A stretch of 64,000 nucleotides of DNA from positions 95,976,001-96,040,000 of the forward strand of contig OZ024743.1 of assembly GCA_964016885.1 (NCBI GenBank). Direction: 5' to 3'. The notes below the pieces were generated by a model, which was not told where the DNA came from, did not search any database, and worked only from the letters and a program-made list of their open reading frames with translations. The position numbers were made by a program, and so were the translations under genes. Positions 1 to 9,799 of this stretch are shown piece by piece. The stretch comes from Eledone cirrhosa. Lineage: Eukaryota. Numbering within the stretch: the stretch's first letter is position 1; each line of letters starts with the position of its first letter.

Positions 1-3000
1 AGGAAGAGATAGAGAAGGAAGGTATAGAAAGGCGTAGGAAGAGATAGAGAAGCAAGGAAGGGAAAGGCATAGGAAGAGATAGAGAAGGAAGGAATAGAAA
101 GGCGTAGGAAGAGATAGAGAAGGAAGGAATGGAAAGGTGTAGGAAGAGATAGAGAAGGAAGGAATAGAAAGGTGTAGGAAGAGATAGAGAAGGAAGGAAT
201 AGAAAGGTGTAGGAATAGATAGAGAAGGAAGGTATAGAAAGGCGTAGGAAGAGATAGAGAAGGAAGGAATAGAAAGGCGTAGGAAGAGATAGAGGAGGAA
301 GGAATGGAAAGGCGTAGGAAGAGATAGAGAAGGAAGGAATAGAAAGGCGTAGGAAGAGATAGAGAAGGAAGGAATGGAAAGGTGTAGGAAGAGATAGAGA
401 AGGAAGGAATAGAAAGGTGTAGGAACAGATAGAGAAGGAAGGAATGGAAAGGCTTAGGAAGAGATAGAGAAGGAAGGAATAGAAAAGTGTAGGAAGAGAT
501 AGAGAAGGAAGGAATGGAAAGGCGTTGGAAGAGATAGAGAAGGAAGTAATAGAAAGGCGTAGGAAGAGATAGAGAAGGAAAGAATAGAACAGCGTAGGAA
601 GAGATAGAGAAGGAAGGAATAGAAAGGTGTAGGAAGAGATAGAGAAGGAAGGAATGGAAAGGCGTAGGAAGAGATAGAGAAGGAGGAATAGAAAGGCGTA
701 GGAAGAGATAGTGAAGGAAGGAATGGAAAGGTGTAGGAAGAGTTAGAGAAGGAAGGAATGGAAAGGTGTAGGAAGAGATAGAGAAGGAAGTAATAGAAAG
801 GCGTAGGAAGAGATAGAGAAGGAAAGAATAGAACAGCGTAGGAAGAGATAGAGAAGGAAGGAATAGAAAGGCGTAGGAAGAGATAGAGAAGGAAGGAATA
901 GAAATGTGTAGGAAGAGATAGAAAAGGAAGGAATGGAAAGGCGTAGGAAGAGATAGAGAAGGAAAGAATAGAACAGCGTAGGAAGAGATAGAGAAGGAAG
1001 GAATAGAAAGGCATAGGAAAAGATAGAGAAGGAAGGAATAGAAAGGCGTAGGAAGAGATAGAGAAGGAAGTAATAGAAAGGCGTAGGAAGAGATAGAGAA
1101 GGAAAGAATAGAAAGGCGTAGGAAGAGATAGAGAAGGAAGGAATAGAACAGTGTAGGAAGAGATAGAGAAGGAAGGAATGGAAAGGTGTAGGAAGAGTTA
1201 GAGAAGGAAGGAATGGAAAGGCGTAGGAAGAGATAGAGAAGGAAGGTATAGAAAGGCGTAGGAATAGATAGAGAAGGAAGGAATAGAAAGGCGTAGGAAG
1301 AGATAGAGAAGGAGGAATAGAAAGGCGTAGGAAGAGATAGAGAAGGAGGAATAGAAAGGCGTAGGAAGAGATAGAGAAGGAAGTAATAGAACTGCCTAGG
1401 AAGAGATAGAGAAGGAAGGAATAGGAAAACGTAGGAAGAGATATAGAAGGAATGAATGGAAAGGCATAGGAAGAGATAGAGAAGGAAGGAATAGAAAGGC
1501 GTAGGAAGAGATAGAGAAGCAAGGAATGGAAAGGCGTAGGAAGAGATAGAGAAGGAAGGAATGGAAAGGCATAGGAAGAGATAGAGAAGGAAGGAATGGA
1601 AAGGCGTAGGAAGTGATAGAGAAGGAAGGAATAGAAAGGCGTAGGAAGAGATATAGAAGGAATGAATGGAAAGGCGTAGGAAGAGATAGAGAAGGAAGGA
1701 ATAGAAAGGCGTAGGAAGAGATAGAGAAGCAAGGAATGGAAAGGCGTAGGAAGAGATAGAGAAGGAAGGAATGGAAAGGCATAGGAAGAGATAGAGAAGG
1801 AAGGAATGGAAAGGCTTAGGAAGAGATAGAGAAGGAAGGAATAGAAAGGTGTAGGAAGAGATAGAGAAGGAAGGTATAGAAAGGCGTAGGAAGAGATAGA
1901 GAAGCAAGGAAGGGAAAGGCATAGGAAGAGATAGAGAAGGAAGGAATAGAAAGGCGTAGGAAGAGATAGAGAAGGAAGGAATGGAAAGGTGTAGGAAGAG
2001 ATAGAGAAGGAAGGAATAGAAAGGTGTAGGAAGAGATAGAGAAGGAAGGAATAGAAAGGTGTAGGAATAGATAGAGAAGGAAGGTATAGAAAGGCGTAGG
2101 AAGAGATAGAGAAGGAAGGAATAGAAAGGCGTAGGAAGAGATAGAGGAGGAAGGAATGGAAAGGCGTAGGAAGAGATAGAGAAGGAAGGAATAGAAAGGC
2201 GTAGGAAGAGATAGAGAAGGAAGGAATGGAAAGGTGTAGGAAGAGATAGAGAAGGAAGGAATAGAAAGGTGTAGGAACAGATAGAGAAGGAAGGAATGGA
2301 AAGGCTTAGGAAGAGATAGAGAAGGAAGTAATAGAAAGGCGTAGGAAGAGATAGAGAAGGAAAGAATAGAACAGCGTAGGAAGAGATAGAGAAGGAAGGA
2401 ATAGAAAGGTGTAGGAAGAGATAGAGAAGGAAGGAATGGAAAGGCGTAGGAAGAGATAGAGAAGGAGGAATAGAAAGGCGTAGGAAGAGATAGAGAAGGA
2501 AAGAATAGAACAGCGTAGGAAGAGATAGAGAAGGAAGGAATAGAAAGGCGTAGGAAGAGATAGAGAAGGAAGGAATAGAAAGGCGTAGGAAGAGATAGAG
2601 AAGGAAGTAATAGAAAGGCGTAGGAAGAGATAGAGAAGGAAAGAATAGAAAGGCGTAGGAAGAGATAGAGAAGGAAGGAATAGAACAGTGTAGGAGGAGA
2701 GAAGGAAGGAATAGAAAGGCGTAGGAAGAGATAGAGAAGGAAGTAATAGAAAGGCGTAGGAAGAGATAGAGAAGGAAAGAATAGAAAGGCGTAGGAAGAG
2801 ATAGAGAAGGAAGGAATAGAACAGTGTAGGAAGAGATAGAGAAGGAAGGAATGGAAAGGTGTAGGAAGAGTTAGAGAAGGAAGGAATGGAAAGGCGTAGG
2901 AAGAGAGAGAGAAGGAAGGAATGGAAAGGCGTAGGAAGAGATAGAGAAGGAAGGTATAGAAAGGCGTAGGAATAGATAGAGAAGGAAGGAATAGAAAGGC

Positions 3001-5700
3001 GTAGGAAGAGATAGAGAAGGAGGAATAGAAAGGCGTAGGAAGAGATAGAGAAGGAGGAATAGAAAGGCGTAGGAAGAGATAGAGAAGGAAGTAATAGAAC
3101 TGCCTAGGAAGAGATAGAGAAGGAAGGAATAGGAAAACGTAGGAAGAGATATAGAAGGAATGAATGGAAAGGCATAGAAAGAGATAGAGAAGGAAGGAAT
3201 AGAAAGGCGTAGGAAGAGATAGAGAAGCAAGGAATGGAAAGGCGTAGGAAGAGATAGAGAAGGAAGGAATGGAAAGGCATAGGAAGAGATAGAGAAGGAA
3301 GGAATGGAAAGGCGTAGGAAGTGATAGAGAAGGAAGGAATAGAAAGGCGTAGGAAGAGATAGAGAAGCAAGGAATGGAAAGGCGTAGGAAGAGATAGAGA
3401 AGGAAGGAATGGAAAGGCATAGGAAGAGATAGAGAAGGAAGGAATGGAAAGGCTTAGGAAGAGATAGAGAAGGAAGGAATAGAAAGGTGTAGGAAGAGAT
3501 AGAGAAGGAAGGTATAGAAAGGCGTAGGAAGAGATAGAGAAGGAAGGAATGGAAAGGCATAGGAAGAGATAGAGAAGGAAGGAATAGAAAGGCGTAGGAA
3601 GAGATAGAGAGGGAAGGAATGGAAAGGTGTAGGAAGAGATAGAGAAGGAAGGAATAGAAAGGCGTAGGAAGAGATAGAGAAGGAAGGAATAGAAAGGTGT
3701 AGGAAGAGATAGAGAAGGAAGGAATGGAAAGGCGTAGGAAGAGATAGAGAAGGAAGGAATAGAAAGGCGTAGGAAGAGATAGAGAAGCAAGGAATGGAAA
3801 GGCTTAGGAAGAGATAGAGAAGGAAGGAATAGAAAGGCGTAGGAAGAGATAGAGAAGGAAGGAATGGAAAGGTGTAGGAAGAGATAGAGAAGGAAGGAAT
3901 AAAAAGGCGTAGGAAGAGATAGAGAAGGAAGGAATGGAAAGGTGTAGGAAGAGATAGAGAAGGAAGGAATGGAAAGGCGTAGGAAGAGATAGAGAAGAAA
4001 GGAATAGAAAGGCGTAGGAAGAGATAGAGAAGCAAGGAATGGAAAGGCTTAGGAAGAGATAGAGAAGGAAGGAATAGAAAGGCGTAGGAAGAGATAGAGA
4101 AGGAAGAAATGGAAAGGTGTAGGAAGAGATAGAGAAGGAAGGAATAGAAAGGTGTAGGAAGAGATAGAGAAGGAAGGAATGGAAAGGCTTAGGAAGAGAT
4201 AGAGAAGGAAGGAATAGAAAGGTGTAGGAAGAGATAGAGAAGGAAGGAATGGTAAGGCGTAGGAAGAGATAGAGAAGGAAGTAATAGAAAGGCGTAGGAA
4301 GAGATAGAGAAGGAAAGAATAGAACAGCGTAGGAAGAGATAGAGAAGGAAGGAATAGAAAGGTGTAGGAACAGATAGAGAAGGAAGGAATGGAAAGGCTT
4401 AGGAAGAGATAGAGAAGGAAGGAATATAAAGGTGTAGGAAGAGATAGAGAAGGAAGGAATGGAAAGGCGTAGGAAGAGATAGAGAAGGAAGTAATAGAAA
4501 GGCGTAGGAAGAGATAGAGAAGGAAAGAATAGAACAGCGTAGGAAGAGATAGAGAAGGAAGGAATAGAAAGGCGTAGGAAAAGATAGAGAAGGAAGGAAT
4601 AGAAAGGCGTAGGAAGAGATAGAGAAGGAAGTAATAGAAAGGCGTAGGAAGAGATAGAGAAGGAAAGAATAGAACAGTGTAGGAAGAGATAGAGAAGGAA
4701 GGAATGGAAAGGTGTAGGAAGAGTTAGAGAAGGAAGGAATGGAAAGGCGTAGGAAGAGAGAGAGAAGGAAGGAATGGCAAGGCGTAGGAAGAGATAGAGA
4801 AGGAAGGTATAGAAAGGCGTAGGAATAGATAGAGAAGGAAGGAATAGAAAGGCGTAGGAAGAGATAGAGAAGGAGGAATAGAAAGGCGTAGGAAGAGATA
4901 GAGAAGGAGGAATAGAAAGGCGTAGGAAGAGATAGAGAAGGAAGTAATAGAACTGCCTAGGAAGAGATAGAGAAGGAAGGAATAGGAAAACGTAGGAAGA
5001 GATATAGAAGGAATAAATGGAAAGGCATAGGAAGAGATAGAGAAGGAAGGAATAGAAAGGCGTAGGAAGAGATAGAGAAGCAAGGAATGGAAAGGCGTAG
5101 GAAGAGATAGAGAAGGAAGGAATGGAAAGGCATAGGAAGAGATAGAGAAGGAAGGAATGGAAAGGCGTAGGAAGTGATAGAGAAGGAAGGAATAGAAAGG
5201 CGTAGGAAGAGATATAGAAGGAATGAATGGAAAGGCGTAGGAAGGGATAGAGAAGGAAGGAATAGAAAGGCGTAGGAAGAGATAGAGAAGCAAGGAATGG
5301 AAAGGCGTAGGAAGAGATAGAGAAGGAAGGAATGGAAAGGCATAGGAAGAGATAGAGAAGGAAGGAATGGAAAGGCTTAAGAAGAGATAGAGAAGGAAGG
5401 AATAGAAAGGTGTAGGAAGAGATAGAGAAGGAAGGTATAGAAAGGCGTAGGAAGAGATAGAGAAGCAAGGAAGGGAAAGGCATAGGAAGAGATAGAGAAG
5501 GAAGGAATAGAAAGGCGTAGGAAGAGATAGAGAAGGAAGGAATGGAAAGGTGTAGGAAGAGATAGAGAAGGAAGGAATAGAAAGGTGTAGGAAGAGATAG
5601 AGAAGGAAGGAATAGAAAGGTGTAGGAAGAGATAGAGAAGGAAGGTATAGAAAGGCGTAGGAAGAGATAGAGAAGGAAGGAATAGAAAGGCGTAGGAAGA
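1..5700. repeat. Higher-order repeat domain A: about 1.7-1.85 kb units (first unit 1852 bp = 53 monomers, three of them 34 bp)
   Basis: The variant series starting at 1 restarts at 1853. The CTGCCTAGG marker falls at 1395, 3103 and 4956. AGGAACAGAT falls at about 421, 2273 and 4366. Confidence 0.85.
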
Positions 5701-5869
5701 GATAGAGGAGGAAGGAATGGAAAGGCGTAGGAATAGATAGAGAAGGAAGGAATGGAAAGGCGTAGGAAGAGATAGAGGAGGAAGGAATAGAAAGGCGTAG
5801 GAAGAGATAGAGAAGGAAGGAATAGAAAGGTGTAGGAAGAGATAGAGAAGGAAGGAATAGAAAGGTGTA

Positions 5870-8160
5870 GGAAGAGAATAGAGAAGGAAGGAATAGAAAG
5901 GTGTAGGAAGAGAATAGAGAAGGAAGGAATGGAAAGGCTTAGGAAGAGATAGAGAAGGAAGGAATAGAAAGGTGTAGGAAGAGATAGAGAAGGAAGGAAT
6001 AGAAAGGTGTAGGAAGAGAATAGAGAAGGAAGGAATAGAAAGGTGTAGGAAGAGAATAGAGAAGGAAGGAATGGAAAGGCTTAGGAAGAGATAGAGAAGG
6101 AAGGAATAGAAAGGTGTAGGAAGAGATAGAGAAGGAAGGAATAGAAAGGCGTAGGAAGAGATAGAGAAGGAAGGAATAGAAAGGTGTAGGAAGAGAATAG
6201 AGAAGGAAGGAATAGAAAGGCGTAGGAAGAGATAGAGAAGGAAGGAATAGAAAGGTGTAGGAAGAGATAGAGAAGGAAGGAATAGAAAGGTGTAGGAAGA
6301 GAATAGAGAAGGAAGGAATAGAAAGGTGTAGGAAGAGAATAGAGAAGGAAGGAATGGAAAGGCTTAGGAAGAGATAGAGAAGGAAGGAATAGAAAGGTGT
6401 AGGAAGAGATAGAGAAGGAAGGAATAGAAAGGCGTAGGAAGAGATAGAGAAGCAAGGAAGGGAAAGGCGTAGGAAGAGATAGAGAAGGAAGGAATAGAAA
6501 GGTGTAGGAAGAGAATAGAGAAGGAAGGAATAGAAAGGCGTAGGATGAGATAGAGAAGGAAGGAATAGAAAGGCGTAGGAAGAGATAAAGAAGGAAGGAA
6601 TAGAAAGGTGTAGGAAGAGAATAGAGAAGGAAGGAATGGAAAGGCTTAGGAAGAGATAGAGAAGGAAGGAATAGAAAGGTGTAGGAAGAGATAGAGAAGG
6701 AAGGAATAGAAAGGCGTAGGATGAGATAGAGAAGGAAGGAATAGAAAGGCGTAGGAAGAGATAGAGGAGGAAGGAATGGAAAGGCGTAGGAAGAGATAGA
6801 GAAGCAAGGAATGGAAAGGCGTAGGAAGAGATAGAGAAGGAAGGAATAGAAAGGTGTAGGAAGAGATAGAGAAGGAAGGAATAGAAAGGTGTAGGAAGAG
6901 AATAGAGAAGGAAGGAATGGAAAGGCTTAGGAAGAGATAGAGAAGGAAGGAATAGAAAGGTGTAGGAAGAGATAGAGAAGGAAGGAATAGAAAGGTGTAG
7001 GAAGAGAATAGAGAAGGAAGGAATGGAAAGGCTTAGGAAGAGATAGAGAAGGAAGGAATAGAAAGGTGTAGGAAGAGATAGAGAAGGAAGGAATAGAAAG
7101 GCGTAGGAAGAGATAGAGGAGGAAGGAATAGAAAGGTGTAGGAAGAGATAGAGAAGGAAGGAATAGAAAGGTGTAGGAAGAGAATAGAGAAGGAAGGAAT
7201 GGAAAGGCTTAGGAAGAGATAGAGAAGGAAGGAATAGAAAGGTGTAGGAAGAGATAGAGAAGGAAGGAATAGAAAGGTGTAGGAAGAGAATAGAGAAGGA
7301 AGGAATGGAAAGGCTTAGGAAGAGATAGAGAAGGAAGGAATAGAAAGGTGTAGGAAGAGATAGAGAAGGAAGGAATAGAAAGGCGTAGGAAGAGATAGAG
7401 GAGGAAGGAATGGAAAGGCGTAGGAAGAGATAGAGGAGGAAGGAATGGAAAGGCGTAGGAAGAGATAGAGAAGCAAGGAATGGAAAGGCTTAGGAAGAGA
7501 TAGAGAAGGAAGGAATAGAAAGGTGTAGGAAGAGATAGAGAAGGAAGGAATAGAAAGGCGTAGGAAGAGATAGAGGAGGAAGGAATGGAAAGGCGTAGGA
7601 AGAGATAGAGAAGCAAGGAATGGAAAGGCTTAGGAAGAGATAGAGAAGGAAGGAATAGAAAGGTGTAGGAAGAGAATAGAGAAGGAAGGAATAGAAAGGT
7701 GTAGGAAGAGATAGAGAAGGAAGGAATAGAAAGGTGTAGGAAGAGAATAGAGAAGGAAGGAATAGAAAGGTGTAGGAAGAGATAGAGAAGGAAGGAATAG
7801 AAAGGTGTAGGAAGAGAATAGAGAAGGAAGGAATAGAAAGGTGTAGGAAGAGAATAGAGAAGGAAGGAATGGAAAGGCTTAGGAAGAGATAGAGAAGGAA
7901 GGAATAGAAAGGTGTAGGAAGAGAATAGAGAAGGAAGGAATAGAAAGGTGTAGGAAGAGATAGAGAAGGAAGGAATAGAAAGGTGTAGGAAGAGAATAGA
8001 GAAGGAAGGAATAGAAAGGTGTAGGAAGAGATAGAGAAGGAAGGAATAGAAAGGTGTAGGAAGAGAATAGAGAAGGAAGGAATAGAAAGGTGTAGGAAGA
8101 GATAGAGAAGGAAGGAATAGAAAGGTGTAGGAAGAGAATAGAGAAGGAAGGAATGGAAAG
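5870..8160. repeat. Sub-domain enriched in the 36-bp insertion monomer (AGGAAGAGAATAGAG) and in TGT/CTT endings
   Basis: GAAGAGAATAG recurs many times between about 5872 and 8140. Elsewhere I saw it only as single copies at about 9940, 12770, 16575 and 18670. Confidence 0.9.
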
Positions 8161-8826
8161 GCTTAGGAAGAGATAGAGAAGGAAGGAATAGAATGGTGTA
8201 GGAAGAGATAGAGAAGGAAGGAATGGAAAGGCGTAGGAAGAGATAGAGAAGGAGGAATAGAAAGGCGTAGGAAGAGATAGTGAAGGAAGGAATGGAAAGG
8301 TGTAGGAAAAGTTAGAGAAGGAAGGAATGGAAAGGCGTAGGAAGAGATAGAGAAGGAAGGAATGGAAAGGTGTAGGAAGAGATAGAGAAGGAGGAATAGA
8401 AAGGCGTAGGAAGAGATAGAGAAGGAAGGAATGGAAAGGTATAGGAAGAGTTAGAGAAGGAAGGAATGGAAAGGCGTAGGAAAAGATAGAGAAGGAAGGA
8501 ATAGAAAGGCGTAGGAAGAGATAGAGAAGGAAGTAATAGAAAGGCGTAGGAAGAGATAGAGAAGGAAAGAATAGAACAGCGTAGGAAGAGATAGAGAAGG
8601 AAGGAATAGAAAGGCGTAGGAAGAGATAGAGAAGGAAGGAATAGAAAGGCGTAGGAAGAGATAGAGAAGAAAGGAATGGAAAGGCGTAGGAAGAGATAGA
8701 GAAGGAAGGAATAGAAAGGCGTAGGAAGAGATAGAGAAGGAAGGAATAGAAAGGCGTAGGAAGAGATAGAGAAGAAAGGAATGGAAAGGCGTAGGAAGAG
8801 ATAGAGAAGGAGGAATAGAAAGGCGT

Positions 8827-9378
8827 AGGAAGAGATAGAGAAGGAGGAATAGAAAGGCGTAGGAAGAGATAGAGAAGGAGGAATAGAAAGGCGTAGGAAG
8901 AGATAGAGAAGGAAGGAATGGAAAGGCGTAGGAAGAGAGAGAGAAGGAAGGAATGGAAAGGCGTAGGAAGAGATAGAGAAGGAGGAATAGAAAGGCGTAG
9001 GAAGAGATAGAGAAGGAGGAATAGAAAGGCGTAGGAAGAGATAGAGAAGGAAGGAATGGAAAGGCGTAGGAAGAGAGAGAGAAGGAAGGAATGGAAAGGC
9101 GTAGGAAGAGATAGAGAAGGAGGAATAGAAAGGCGTAGGAAGAGATAGAGAAGGAGGAATAGAAAGGCGTAGGAAGAGATAGAGAAGGAAGGAATGGAAA
9201 GGCGTAGGAAGAGAGAGAGAAGGAAGGAATGGAAAGGCGTAGGAAGAGATAGAGAAGGAGGAATAGAAAGGCGTAGGAAGAGATAGAGAAGGAGGAATAG
9301 AAAGGCGTAGGAAGAGATAGAGAAGGAAGGAATGGAAAGGCGTAGGAAGAGAGAGAGAAGGAAGGAATGGAAAGGCGT
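8827..9378. repeat. Four tandem copies of a 138-bp 4-monomer unit (34+34+35+35 bp)
   Basis: The GGAAGAGAGAGAG variant starts at 8931, 9069, 9207 and 9345, exactly 138 bp apart. Each is preceded by the same three monomers. Confidence 0.92.
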
Positions 9379-9799
9379 AGGAAGAGATAGAGAAGGAAGG
9401 TATAGAAAGGCGGAGGAATAGATAGAGAAGGAAGGAATAGAAAGGCGTAGGAAGAGATAGAGAAGGAGGAATAGAGAGGCGTAGGAAGAGATAGAGAAGG
9501 AGGAATAGAAAGGCGTAGGAAGAGATAGAGAAGGAAGGAATAGGAAAACGTAGGAAGAGATATAGAAGGAATGAATGGAAAGGCATAGGAAGAGATAGAG
9601 AAGGAAGGAATGGAAAGGCTTAGGAAGAGATAGAGAAGGAAGGAATAGAAAGGTGTAGGAAGAGATAGAGAAGGAAGGTATAGAAAGGCGTAGGAAGAGA
9701 TAGAGAAGCAAGGAAGGGAAAGGCATAGGAAGAGATAGAGAAGGAAGGAATAGAAAGGTGTAGGAAGAGATAGAGAAGGAAGGAATGGAAAGGCGTAGG

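Noticed and set aside
3898-5017. AATAAA hexamers at 3898 and 5012 as poly(A) signals
   Set aside because: They are single-base variants of AATAGA or AATGAA, with no downstream GU/U-rich element and no associated gene.
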